Below, piece by piece: positions 15,450 through 24,969 of a stretch of DNA of 32,000 bases (positions within the stretch are counted from its first letter, which is position 1; each line of letters begins with the position of its first letter). The stretch covers positions 120,001-152,000 of the forward strand of contig OY843585.1 of the NCBI GenBank assembly GCA_963692945.1. Direction: 5' to 3'. Source of the stretch: Bdellovibrionales bacterium. Lineage in GTDB: Bacteria; Bdellovibrionota; Bdellovibrionia; Bdellovibrionales; UBA1609. The position numbers were made by a program, and so were the translations under genes. The notes beneath the pieces were generated by a model. It worked only from the letters and a program-made list of their open reading frames with translations. It was not told where the DNA came from and ran no database searches.

Positions 15450-16436
15450 CTAGTGTTTTTTAATATCCCAAAGCTTTTGAGCAATTTGTAACCCATTCAA
15501 ACTTGCACCTTTTAAAAGGTTATCAGCCACAAGCCACATAACCCAAGATGTTTCTGATAGACCATCCTTATGGATACGAGACATAAAAACACTCTCTTTA
15601 CCAGAGGCATGACGACCATGAGGAAGCGGCGTATCATTATCCGACTTATAGACTTCCACATAAGGAGCAAGAGCCTTTTCAATATCCTCTCTATGAACTG
15701 AATTTTTTAAAGAAAACCAAATGATTTCTCCATGAGAATTTAAAGTTGGAACACGCACTGTAAAGGCTGAAATTTTAAGATCAGGAATTTGCATAATTTT
15801 TTTACTTTCAGAAATGATTTTTGTCTCTTCCTCACAAAAACCGTCCTCACCTATTGAGCCAATATAAGGCACACAATTAAACGCCGTATCCATTTTTTCT
15901 GTTTCATAAGTTTTTTTAGATTCTAAAATGCTTAAACTCTCTTTCTTTAATGTTTCAAGAGCTGCACTTCCAGCTCCACTAATAGATTGTAAACTGACAA
16001 CACGAACTTCTTCTAAACCAAAAGATTGATGTAAGGGATGTAAAGCCATAACCAATTGAATCGTTGAACAGTTAGGATTAGAGATAATTTGAGGTTTATA
16101 ATTTAAAAGTCCCCCATTGACTTCTGGGACAATGAGTAACTTATCTGAATCCTTACGAAAAGCCGAAGAATTATCTATAACAATAACCTTTTCTTTTTCT
16201 GCTTGAGGACACCATTTATGGCTTGCTTCTTTCCCTGCAGAAAAAAAACAAATGTCTAAGCCCTCAAAGCACCCTTCTTTTAAAGGCTTTGTTTGGATTT
16301 TCTGCCCATTAAAGTAACAATCTTTATTGGAACGAGAAAAGAGACGAAGTTCTTTAATTTCATTTTGAAAAGGACTTAAAATCTTTAAAAATCTTTGACC
16401 TACAAGACCTGTAGCCCCAACAACACCTAGCTTCAT
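15450..16436 (-). CDS. asd: Aspartate-semialdehyde dehydrogenase
   Basis: MKLGVVGATGLVGQ Rossmann N-terminus, active-site NPNCSTIQ. 328 aa. Confidence 0.93.
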   Translation of the reverse strand: MKLGVVGATGLVGQRFLKILSPFQNEIKELRLFSRSNKDCYFNGQKIQTKPLKEGCFEGLDICFFSAGKEASHKWCPQAEKEKVIVIDNSSAFRKDSDKLLIVPEVNGGLLNYKPQIISNPNCSTIQLVMALHPLHQSFGLEEVRVVSLQSISGAGSAALETLKKESLSILESKKTYETEKMDTAFNCVPYIGSIGEDGFCEEETKIISESKKIMQIPDLKISAFTVRVPTLNSHGEIIWFSLKNSVHREDIEKALAPYVEVYKSDNDTPLPHGRHASGKESVFMSRIHKDGLSETSWVMWLVADNLLKGASLNGLQIAQKLWDIKKH

Positions 16437-16493
16437 ATAAAAATACTCATAGTATAAAAAAATAAAAAAAGAAACTTTTATTTTTTGAGAAAA

Positions 16494-17201
16494 TTACTTT
16501 TTCTTCTCTTTAGCAGCCTTCTTTTTAGCTGCTTTCTCTTTAGCAGCCTTTTCTTTAGCTGCCTTCTTTTTAGCTGCCTCGGCTTTTTTCTGAGCAGCCT
16601 TTCTTTCTTTCCGTCGTTCTTTTAAAATCTTCTTTGCTATATGAGATGGGGATGCTGTTTGCCCACGACCCTCATTGAGACGAAGATGATTTATAAGTTT
16701 TTCACTAAGTTTTATTTTAGATGTTTTAATATCTAAGAAAATAACATCTGCTTCTGGTTTTAGAACTCCTCTAGCATGAGATATGGAGTTTTCTACAATG
16801 TAAAGAGCATTCGCTTGAAAAAGAGGAGATTTTTTTTTGTTCTTTAAAACAGGAAGGGCTTCTTTCACCACTTCTGCCAATACATCTATAAAAGGCTTAT
16901 AGGTGTTAATTTCTGTTTCCAAAGGAGAGAGTAAAGAGCTTCGCAGACCATCTGTATCAGGTCTCATAAATAAAATTTTAAGACCAACCTTTAACTTGGA
17001 AAGAGCCTCATCTGGGTCAATAGCATCACTTTCTTTGTTTTCAGATTGATTTGAAGTCGTTTTCTGTGTTTTTTGGATGTAAGAATTTACAATTTTTCGC
17101 ATTTGCTCATAATCTTTAATTTTTAGATTTTCATAAGTGTAGTTGCCCCATGAGACAGAACATAAAAACACAAAAAATAAGACCAAAAAATTCTTCAACA
17201 T
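16494..17201 (-). CDS. Secreted protein with Lys/Ala-rich repetitive C-terminal tail
   Basis: Signal peptide MLKNFLVLFFVFLCSVSWG. Tail KKAEAAKKKAAKEKAAKEKAAKKKAAKEKKK is encoded by imperfect 15-nt tandem repeats (about 16500-16600). Confidence 0.65.
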   Translation of the reverse strand: MLKNFLVLFFVFLCSVSWGNYTYENLKIKDYEQMRKIVNSYIQKTQKTTSNQSENKESDAIDPDEALSKLKVGLKILFMRPDTDGLRSSLLSPLETEINTYKPFIDVLAEVVKEALPVLKNKKKSPLFQANALYIVENSISHARGVLKPEADVIFLDIKTSKIKLSEKLINHLRLNEGRGQTASPSHIAKKILKERRKERKAAQKKAEAAKKKAAKEKAAKEKAAKKKAAKEKKK

Positions 17202-17253
17202 AACTAGATGTTAGCCTATCTTGATAAAGAATAAAACAAAAAAATCACTTTAA

Positions 17254-17282
17254 TTGATTTGCTCTAGGGTCTTTTTTATTAT
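17254..17282 (+). promoter_or_regulatory. Candidate sigma70-type promoter for the dsbA-like gene
   Basis: TTGATT (17254-17259), 17-nt spacer, TATTAT (17277-17282). About 38 nt upstream of the ATG at 17321. Confidence 0.4.
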
Positions 17283-17320
17283 AGTCTATGCTTAATTTCA
17301 TTTTCAAAATAGGAGGTAAA

Positions 17321-18067
17321 ATGAATCCTAAAGTTATTTTATTAGTCGTGGTAGCGTCTATTGTTACTTTTATTCTATCCGTTGTTTTTTCTATCAATAT
17401 GGTTTTTATCAAACCAAAAAATCTTGCTAATGTAATCAAAGATGACCCTGCTACCTTTATGGAGGCAGTCCAAACAGCAGCTAAAGATTATTCAAGATTT
17501 AGTGCTGAAAAAAAATTAGAGGAACAGTTTAAAAATCCAGCTACAATAAAAACAAAAGGTCGTGTGACTTTTGGAAATAAAAAAGCTCCTATCACTATTG
17601 TTGAGTTTTCCGACTTTCAATGTCCCTATTGTGCAAAAGCAAGTCAAAGAATGAAAGTTTTGATTAAAAAATATGATGGAAAAGTGAAAGTTGTTTATAA
17701 AAATTTTCCATTAAGTTTTCATCCTTTTGCTAAACCAGCAGCGGAATATTTTGAAGCCATCGCTCTTATCAGCCATAAAAAAGCAAAAGAGTTCCATGAT
17801 GCTATTTTTGACAACTTTTCAAAGTATGAAAGAGTTAAAGGTCAAAAAGAAATTACAAGAAAGTTAAATGACCTTGTTAAAAAACTAGGCTTGAATATAT
17901 CCGATGTTAATAAAAATTTAAAAGAAGCAAAAAGTATTGTCAAAGCAGACATCAAAGAAGCAGGAGTCCTTGGTGTAAGTGGAACACCGAGTTTCTATGT
18001 GAATGGGGTTGATGCTAAAAATGTCGGTCCTGAAGTTATTATTGAAAAATTTCTTAAAGATTTATAA
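17321..18067 (+). CDS. DsbA-family thiol:disulfide oxidoreductase
   Basis: I place the start at the ATG at 17321, preceded by AGGAGGT (17311-17317). N-terminal membrane anchor. Thioredoxin-fold active site FQCPYC. Confidence 0.85.
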   Translation: MNPKVILLVVVASIVTFILSVVFSINMVFIKPKNLANVIKDDPATFMEAVQTAAKDYSRFSAEKKLEEQFKNPATIKTKGRVTFGNKKAPITIVEFSDFQCPYCAKASQRMKVLIKKYDGKVKVVYKNFPLSFHPFAKPAAEYFEAIALISHKKAKEFHDAIFDNFSKYERVKGQKEITRKLNDLVKKLGLNISDVNKNLKEAKSIVKADIKEAGVLGVSGTPSFYVNGVDAKNVGPEVIIEKFLKDL

Positions 18068-18082
18068 CCCCAAGTTTAATGA

Positions 18083-18117
18083 AAAACCTGTTTTCTATTT
18101 TATAGAAAACAGGTTTT
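18083..18117 (+). terminator. Strong hairpin terminator after the dsbA-like gene
   Basis: Perfect 15-bp stem AAAACCTGTTTTCTA / TAGAAAACAGGTTTT with a 5-nt loop. T-run forms the 3' end of the stem. Confidence 0.7.
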
Positions 18118-18202
18118 ATCTCTAATGAACATAAAAAGACCTTTAGAAAAACGCTAAAAAATCTCTTTCCATTCCCTCTTATATATTATAAATAAGAACT
18201 AT

Positions 18203-19114
18203 ATGGAATCTTTGAAATTTCCTGAAAAAAAACCAGAATGGCTCAAGGTTAAAATCCCTTCAGGCACAAAATACTCTTCTATTAAGAAACTATTTACAAA
18301 TTTAAATTTATCTACAGTTTGTGAGGAAGCCAATTGCCCTAATATCGGTGAATGTTGGAGTGGTGGAACAGCAACCATTATGCTTATGGGAGATGTTTGC
18401 ACAAGAGGCTGTCGTTTTTGTAATGTAAAAACAGGCAACCCTAAAGCTTGGTTGGATGAAAAAGAACCTGAAAAAGTAGCCCTTACAGTTTCTAAACTCA
18501 ATTTAAAATACATTGTCTTAACCAGTGTTGATAGAGATGACCTACCTGATGAAGGTGCTGGTCATTTTTCAAAAACTATTTCCTACATTAAACATAAATC
18601 TCCTGATCTTCTTGTGGAGGTTTTAACTCCAGATTTCAGTGGAAGGAAAGACTGTCTAAAAACTGTTCTTTTAGCTCAACCTGATGTTTTTGCTCACAAT
18701 ATAGAAACCGTAGAACGATTAACTCCTAGAGTGAGAGACCCTAGATCTACATACAAACAATCTTTAGGAGTCTTAGATACAGTTAAAAAGGAATCGCCAA
18801 GTCTATATACTAAATCCTCTATCATGTTAGGACTAGGAGAAACAAATGTGGAGATTAAAGAGACCCTTAAAGACCTCAGAACGGTTGGCTGTGATATCAT
18901 TACCTTTGGACAGTACTTACGACCCAGAAAACGACATTTACCTGTTGAAAGATATGTCAGTCCTCAAGAATTTAAAGACTGGAAGATTCTTGCTGAAGAC
19001 ATGGGATTTTTATATTGTGCTTCTGGGCCTTTAGTAAGAAGCTCTTATAAAGCTGGGGAGTTTTTTATGGAATCTCTCATTAGAAATCAAAGGAAAATAA
19101 AAAATGGAAATTGA
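18203..19114 (+). CDS. lipA: Lipoyl synthase
   Basis: CEEANCPNIGECW auxiliary-cluster motif and radical-SAM CTRGCRFCNV. 303 aa. Confidence 0.95.
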   Translation: MESLKFPEKKPEWLKVKIPSGTKYSSIKKLFTNLNLSTVCEEANCPNIGECWSGGTATIMLMGDVCTRGCRFCNVKTGNPKAWLDEKEPEKVALTVSKLNLKYIVLTSVDRDDLPDEGAGHFSKTISYIKHKSPDLLVEVLTPDFSGRKDCLKTVLLAQPDVFAHNIETVERLTPRVRDPRSTYKQSLGVLDTVKKESPSLYTKSSIMLGLGETNVEIKETLKDLRTVGCDIITFGQYLRPRKRHLPVERYVSPQEFKDWKILAEDMGFLYCASGPLVRSSYKAGEFFMESLIRNQRKIKNGN

Positions 19115-20321
19115 AAATATTAAACTTCCTGACCTTGGTGAAGGTGTTACAGAAGGGGAAATTATAAAGATCAAAGTTTCTCCAGGAGATACAGTATCTA
19201 TGGACCAAGTTCTTTTGGAAGTTATGACAGATAAGGCTTCTATGGAAATTCCTTCTTCCATAAATGGCAAAGTTACAGAAGTTAAAGTCAAAGAAGGAGA
19301 TATGGTTGCTGTAGGGCAAGTTGTCTTAACTATGGAAACTAAAGAAACAAGAAAGGATACCATAAAACAAGAAGAAATGAACTCTTCTAAAAAACAAAAA
19401 AAAATGGAACAAGAACTTCCTAAAACATCCAACACAATCACTCAAAAAGATTATGACCTTGCTGTTCCTGCCACGAGAAAACTAGCTGAAGAATTTGGTG
19501 TTTCGTTAAAAGATATTCCTAAAAGAAATAACAAAGTTACAAGAGAAGACCTTATTAGGCATGTTAAATCTTCTTCCAAGTCTCATTTTCAACCCCTAAC
19601 TCCCTTAAAAGTAGAAGGCGAAGAAATAAAAAGAGAAACTCTTACGGGAATTAAAAGGATTATGTTTGAAACCATGACTCTTTCTAAGGCTACAATTCCT
19701 CATTTTACTATAACCGAAACAGCCAATGTGAAACATCTTGTGAATGTTCGGACAAAATTAAAAGAGCAATTAAAATCTCAAAATATAAAATTAACCTACC
19801 TACCTTTTTTTATAAAAGCCATTTTATCGGGTTTTAAAGAGTTCCCTATTTTTAATAGTAGTTACGATGAACAAAATAAAGAAGTGGTCTATAAAAAATC
19901 AGCCCATATAGGTTTTGCCGTAGATACAAATCAAGGACTCATTGTCCCTGTTATAAAAGAAGCCGAAAAGAAAAGTGTTTTAGACCTAACTAAAGAGATC
20001 CAAAACCTTGGAGAACAAGCACGAAAAGGGACTGTCCAAAGAGAAAATTTAACAGGGGGTTCTATTACACTAACCAACATTGGTAGCCTTGCTGGTCTTT
20101 CAGGAACACCTATTATCAACCCTCCTGAAGTTGCTATTTTAGGAATCTATCGTATGTATCAACAAATTGTAAAAACAGACTCTTCTGGTTTTGAAGAAAA
20201 TCCTTTTATAAATTTCTCTATCACTTGCGACCACCGTTTAATAGATGGTGCTACAGCGGCTCGGTTTTTAAAGAACTTTATTTCTAGAGTAGAAGAACCT
20301 AGCCTACTTATCTTAGATTGA
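19104..20321 (+). CDS. 2-oxoacid dehydrogenase E2 component (dihydrolipoamide acyltransferase)
   Basis: N-terminal lipoyl domain (EVMTDKASMEIPS), peripheral-subunit-binding domain (VPATRKLAEEFGV), catalytic CDHRLIDGA. 11-nt overlap with lipA. Confidence 0.9.
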   Translation: MEIENIKLPDLGEGVTEGEIIKIKVSPGDTVSMDQVLLEVMTDKASMEIPSSINGKVTEVKVKEGDMVAVGQVVLTMETKETRKDTIKQEEMNSSKKQKKMEQELPKTSNTITQKDYDLAVPATRKLAEEFGVSLKDIPKRNNKVTREDLIRHVKSSSKSHFQPLTPLKVEGEEIKRETLTGIKRIMFETMTLSKATIPHFTITETANVKHLVNVRTKLKEQLKSQNIKLTYLPFFIKAILSGFKEFPIFNSSYDEQNKEVVYKKSAHIGFAVDTNQGLIVPVIKEAEKKSVLDLTKEIQNLGEQARKGTVQRENLTGGSITLTNIGSLAGLSGTPIINPPEVAILGIYRMYQQIVKTDSSGFEENPFINFSITCDHRLIDGATAARFLKNFISRVEEPSLLILD

Positions 20322-21264
20322 TCTTTTTAGAAGAAGCTTTTTCCAGACGATTCCAAATGGCATTCCATATATCTCCCTCTTGATTTTTTTCTCTAACAAC
20401 AAAGATAATATTATTTTTATCTTGAGATAATTTTCGTAAATCAGAATAAAGATAACGAGCTAAAATTTGTGGAGATTTTTCTAAACAAAGTTTTTGAATA
20501 GATTTTTTAGGATACTTAGATTTTAAGAAATCCGTGATTTGTGAATCCTCTTTATCACTTTCTATAAAAATCAAAGGGACATCGGGTTGATAGTGCTCCA
20601 TTTGTCCACCTGGTTGAAAAGAATCTTTTTTATTACAAACAGAGAAATCCAAGTTATTATCTTTTAAAAATTTTTGCAAATCTTCTTCTGTGATGATTCC
20701 AGGTCTTAAAATAAAAATTTGTTTATTTTTTACATCCGGTTGGATGATAGTGGATTCTAAACCCACTTCACAATCTCCTCCATCTAACACTGGAATGGAT
20801 CCTGAAAAAATAGAGATAACATCTTTTGCTTGTGTAGGACTCAACTTACCGTACAAATTAGCACTAGGAGCTGCTAAAGGAATATTTAAATTTTTTAACA
20901 AATCTCTCACTAAAGGATGTTTTGGAATCCGTAAAGCAACGGTCTCTTGGTGAGCTGTAATGATTGGAAGTATTTTATCGTTTTTAGGCACAACAATTGT
21001 GAGAGGTCCTGGAGAAAAATATTTCCATAAACTCTCTACAAATGAAATATCTCCTGAAATATATTGTTTGGCTTGAATCGCATCATAACAATGAACAATT
21101 AAAGGATCAAAAGAAGGTCTCTTCTTAATTTTAAAAATATTTTCTAAAGTTTTTTGACTGTCAATTCTTCCTGCCAATCCATAAACTGTTTCTGTAGGTA
21201 TAGCAACAATCTCTCCAGACTTTAAAAGGTCTAAAGCTTGATTGTAAGTAACTTGAGTGTTCAT
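20308..21264 (-). CDS. L-threonylcarbamoyladenylate synthase (YrdC domain + Sua5 C-terminal domain)
   Basis: VAIPTETVYGLAG, PLIVH and SANLYGK motifs. 318 aa. 14-nt convergent overlap with the E2 gene. Confidence 0.88.
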   Translation of the reverse strand: MNTQVTYNQALDLLKSGEIVAIPTETVYGLAGRIDSQKTLENIFKIKKRPSFDPLIVHCYDAIQAKQYISGDISFVESLWKYFSPGPLTIVVPKNDKILPIITAHQETVALRIPKHPLVRDLLKNLNIPLAAPSANLYGKLSPTQAKDVISIFSGSIPVLDGGDCEVGLESTIIQPDVKNKQIFILRPGIITEEDLQKFLKDNNLDFSVCNKKDSFQPGGQMEHYQPDVPLIFIESDKEDSQITDFLKSKYPKKSIQKLCLEKSPQILARYLYSDLRKLSQDKNNIIFVVREKNQEGDIWNAIWNRLEKASSKKINLR

Positions 21265-21281
21265 TGATAATCTCTTACTCT

Positions 21282-22292
21282 TTAATATAATTTTTTATTC
21301 CAAACTTCAGGAAATTTAGAGTTAGTGATTTCTATTTTATTATTGTAAGAAAATTTTTTAACTCCCTGTTTTTTAATCCATAAAACCATTTCTTTTAAAG
21401 CGGTTTCAAGCTTTGTTGAAACTTGATAATTTAAAAGTCTTTTTGCTTTTTCTGAACTGCAATGGGCTTCTTTAACCTCTTGCAATCGCATTTGAACATA
21501 TCTAGGTTTTATATTTTTTCCCATGATTTCATTTAGTAAAGAAACCAGATCGTTAAGAGTTATATATCTTTCATCAGGACCTATATTGATAGTTTCTCCT
21601 TGAATTTTTTTAGAAAACAAAAGATCTTCAAAAATTTTGACAACATCTTGAATAGGGGAAAAACTTCTCCTTTGCTCTCCATCTCCATAGATAAAAGGAG
21701 GTAAATCTTGCAACATTTGATTGATAATTATAGAAACAGCATTTCTATACGGGTCATTATAGATTTGTCTTGGTCCAAAAATATTATGAGGAACACAAAT
21801 CACATATTCAAAACCATGAGTTTCCGCAAGATTTTTTACCAGATTTTCTCCAGCCACTTTAGCAATACCATAGGGAGTATTAGGCTGAGGCTTCATCTCT
21901 TCTGTAAAGGGACTTTTTTGCTGTCCATAACGAGCCATAGAAGAACAAAAAATAAATCTTTTAACCTGATTGTGTATAGACCCACTTAAAAGAGAAGAGG
22001 TTATAGTAAAAGTATTTTGCGTAACTTGATAAGGAGAAAATAAACTCAAATTATCAAAAGGATAAGCCGCTGCATGAAAAACAATATCAACATTTTTTGT
22101 ATATCTTTTATTTTTTTCTAAATCTAAAAGATCATACTCGTAAAACTCCACACCCTCTGGAACATTCTCCTTATTTCCTAAAGACAGGTTATCAACCCCT
22201 ATAACTCTATAATTTTTTGAAAGAGCTCTCTCTGCTAAATGACTTCCTAAAAAACCTGCCACTCCAGATATAAAAATACAAGGGTTAGCCAT
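21282..22292 (-). CDS. NAD-dependent epimerase/dehydratase (extended SDR)
   Basis: GVAGFLGSHL Rossmann motif, catalytic YGIAK (YxxxK). 336 aa. Confidence 0.85.
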   Translation of the reverse strand: MANPCIFISGVAGFLGSHLAERALSKNYRVIGVDNLSLGNKENVPEGVEFYEYDLLDLEKNKRYTKNVDIVFHAAAYPFDNLSLFSPYQVTQNTFTITSSLLSGSIHNQVKRFIFCSSMARYGQQKSPFTEEMKPQPNTPYGIAKVAGENLVKNLAETHGFEYVICVPHNIFGPRQIYNDPYRNAVSIIINQMLQDLPPFIYGDGEQRRSFSPIQDVVKIFEDLLFSKKIQGETINIGPDERYITLNDLVSLLNEIMGKNIKPRYVQMRLQEVKEAHCSSEKAKRLLNYQVSTKLETALKEMVLWIKKQGVKKFSYNNKIEITNSKFPEVWNKKLY

Positions 22293-22294
22293 AG

Positions 22295-23734
22295 TCAGTT
22301 AGAAGAAGCTTTAGAATAACCCGGCTTGCCGTTAAAATCATAAAGATTTTCTGTTTTAATCACATCCATATCTTCTTTCAACAATCGCAACATTAAATCT
22401 ATCACATCTTGTTTTGCAGTCTTTTTAGATTCTGAAAAGAACCGACAACGCCAATGATCCGATTTGTCAGCAAGTGGTTCTTCACCAGGCCAAAAATTCA
22501 ACCCACGACTTGATAAAGAATTAAGTTTTAATTTTTTGATCTCTACTTTTTTTAATTTTTGAACTAAACTTTCAACACTATCTGTAACTTCATCAATATA
22601 AACATCTATCCCTACCAGCTCTTTCTTCTCTTTAGAAGGCTCTTTGATTTTTAAAGAAGCACTCTGAGTTTTCTTATAAGAAACAGGTTCTAATTTTTTA
22701 GGCGATTGTCCAAACCGTTCTACAATAGCCTCACCAAATTCTTTTGTCCCTACTTTTTTATGACTAACACCTTCTTTATAAATATCATAAGTGTGAATCC
22801 CATCTTCTAAAGTTCTTAACCAAGCATTTTGTATTTTTGTTGCTTCTTCATCAAAATTCAAATGAACCAACATCTGCACAGCAGCTAAAAGCAACCCTGA
22901 AGGATTGGCTAAGTTTTGTCCTGCTCTTCTAGGAGCAGAACCATGTATGGCTTCAAACATAGCATACTCTCCACCAATATTAGCGGAACCTGCTAAACCT
23001 ACAGAACCCGTAATTTGAGCCGCAATATCTGATAAAATATCTCCATAAAGGTTAGGAAGAACAATCACATCAAATTGTTCTGGAGAATCAGCCACTTTTG
23101 CCATTCCAATATCTACAATCCAATGTTCATTTTCAATATCAGAATACTCTTTGGCAATCTCTTCAAAAATATTATGAAACATTCCATCTGCTACCTTCAT
23201 AATATTATCTTTTGTGAAACAAGTGACTTTTTTGCGATTGTTTTGTCTTGCATATTCAAAGGCATAACGAATGATTTTTGAAGAACCTTTTCGGGACAGA
23301 AGTTTTAAACTTTGAAACATTTCCTGAGTTTGTCGGTATTCAATTCCTGAATAAAGGTCTTCTTCATTTTCACGAACGATAACCAAGTTCATTTTAGGAT
23401 GTTTTGTTTCTATATAAGGATGATAAGAAAGGCATGGCCTTACATTAGCATAAAGCCCTAAAGTTTTTCTGATAGTGACATTGAGACTGCGATAACCCCC
23501 TCCTTGAGGAGTGGTAATAGGAGCTTTCAAAAAAACTTTTGTTCTGTAAAGAGACTCCCAAGTTTTGCCCTCTATCCCTGTAGGAACACCTGCTTTATAA
23601 ACATCCTCACCAATTTCAACCTCTTCTATCTCTAAAGGAACTTTTGCTTCTTGAAGAATATGCAATGTCGCACCCATAATTTCTGGACCAATTCCATTTC
23701 CATGAGCAACTGTGATTTTTCTTTTATTTGGCAT
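22295..23734 (-). CDS. icd: Isocitrate dehydrogenase (isocitrate/isopropylmalate dehydrogenase family, long form with C-terminal extension)
   Basis: GNGIGPEIM, SLNVTIRK, NLYGDILSD and GSAPRRAGQNLANP motifs. I prefer the start at the ATG at 23734 (MPNKRKITV) over 23755. Confidence 0.85.
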   Translation of the reverse strand: MPNKRKITVAHGNGIGPEIMGATLHILQEAKVPLEIEEVEIGEDVYKAGVPTGIEGKTWESLYRTKVFLKAPITTPQGGGYRSLNVTIRKTLGLYANVRPCLSYHPYIETKHPKMNLVIVRENEEDLYSGIEYRQTQEMFQSLKLLSRKGSSKIIRYAFEYARQNNRKKVTCFTKDNIMKVADGMFHNIFEEIAKEYSDIENEHWIVDIGMAKVADSPEQFDVIVLPNLYGDILSDIAAQITGSVGLAGSANIGGEYAMFEAIHGSAPRRAGQNLANPSGLLLAAVQMLVHLNFDEEATKIQNAWLRTLEDGIHTYDIYKEGVSHKKVGTKEFGEAIVERFGQSPKKLEPVSYKKTQSASLKIKEPSKEKKELVGIDVYIDEVTDSVESLVQKLKKVEIKKLKLNSLSSRGLNFWPGEEPLADKSDHWRCRFFSESKKTAKQDVIDLMLRLLKEDMDVIKTENLYDFNGKPGYSKASSN

Positions 23735-23801
23735 ATTAAAAATAAAAAAACACAAAAAGAAATGAAAGGCAATATCTTATAAGAAAAACTAAAAAAGTAT
23801 T

Positions 23802-24869
23802 TTATAAATCATCATAATCAATCCGAATTTTTTTAGAAAGAGGATAACACTGACAGGTTAACATTTCTAAAGACTGAATATTTTCTTCATCTAAAATACC
23901 TTCTTCCAGTTGAAAAACCTTACCTTCCTTAAGTTTAGCCATACAAGTCATACAAGCCCCTGAAGTACAGGAAAAAGGAGGGTTATAGCCTTGATCTAAA
24001 AGCTGCTCTAAAAGAGATTTCTCTCGATTCAAATCTATTTTGATTTGCTCTCCATTTAAAATGGCTTCCAGAGTCTCTGGCTCTCCTTCTTCATAAACTT
24101 TAGTCTCAAAAAAAACAGAGTATTTGTCTGGTGTAGGTCCACGCACTGGAACAACATTAAAGTCTTCCTTATAGATACTTTCTGAAGAACAACCTTTATC
24201 CATTAAAGTATCCGTAATTAAATTCATATAATTTTTAGGTCCACAAAGATAAAATAAAGAGTTATCCAATGAAATTTTTTCCAAAATAGAGGATAGTTTT
24301 TTAGAATCCAAACGACCGTTTTCTTGAGATAAAATATTTTGAATTTTTAGTTTATCAGGATATCGTTTTTGCCATTCTTTGAGAGATTTTTTATAAATGA
24401 TACTATCTTCATTTCTATTAGAATAAATGAGAATCAATTTTTCACAAAGATTTGAACTTAAAACTGTTTTTAAGATAGCAAATAAAGGAGTGATACCAAT
24501 ACCAGCTCCAAATAAAACATAAGTTTGAGTTTTTAAAGTTTTAGGAAGATTAAAAAAATCTCCTAAAGGTTTTTGAGATAAAACTTCATCACCCTCTTTG
24601 CAAAAATCAATCATATAGTTAGACACCACACCATCTACAACTCTTTTTACAGAAGTCTGTAAAGGCTCATCTAAAAAAGAGGAAGAAGATAAAGAGTAAC
24701 TACGAACATAGTCTTTTCCGTCAATAGAAAATTTAAAAGTTAGAAATTGAGCTGGGCGATAAGAAAAAAGAGACTTACACTCTGTAGGAACAGAAAAATA
24801 AAAAGAATAACTATCTTCTGTTTCCTGAATTTTTTTTATTATTTTTAAAGGATAATATTCTGCGGACAT
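23802..24869 (-). CDS. FNR-like oxidoreductase with C-terminal plant-type 2Fe-2S ferredoxin domain
   Basis: FAD-binding RSYSLSS, NAD(P)-binding GAGIGITP, C-terminal CTSGACMTCMAKL...C cluster motif. PaaE/phthalate-dioxygenase-reductase-like architecture. Confidence 0.8.
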   Translation of the reverse strand: MSAEYYPLKIIKKIQETEDSYSFYFSVPTECKSLFSYRPAQFLTFKFSIDGKDYVRSYSLSSSSFLDEPLQTSVKRVVDGVVSNYMIDFCKEGDEVLSQKPLGDFFNLPKTLKTQTYVLFGAGIGITPLFAILKTVLSSNLCEKLILIYSNRNEDSIIYKKSLKEWQKRYPDKLKIQNILSQENGRLDSKKLSSILEKISLDNSLFYLCGPKNYMNLITDTLMDKGCSSESIYKEDFNVVPVRGPTPDKYSVFFETKVYEEGEPETLEAILNGEQIKIDLNREKSLLEQLLDQGYNPPFSCTSGACMTCMAKLKEGKVFQLEEGILDEENIQSLEMLTCQCYPLSKKIRIDYDDL

Positions 24870-24969
24870 GACTGTTTATTGATAATCTAATTGAAAAAAT
24901 ATTTCAACAACTAATACACCTACTTCTTAATCCATTTCAATCATTCAAATAAAAAATAAAGTTAAAAAA

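Noticed and set aside
19031-19441. 136-aa ORF antisense to the lipA/E2 junction, plus similar ORFs at 18199-18513, 18694-18900, 18846-19034, 19080-19319 and 19931-20119
   Set aside because: They lie entirely within well-supported conserved genes, on the opposite strand or out of frame, and have Ser/Leu/Ile/Phe-rich shadow-frame composition with no SD sites.
22295-22720. ~140-aa C-terminal extension on isocitrate dehydrogenase
   Set aside because: From memory, a ~480-aa long IDH subclass with such an extension already exists (for example in Rickettsia-type enzymes). It is probably a known family rather than a novel fusion and should be verified by a profile search.
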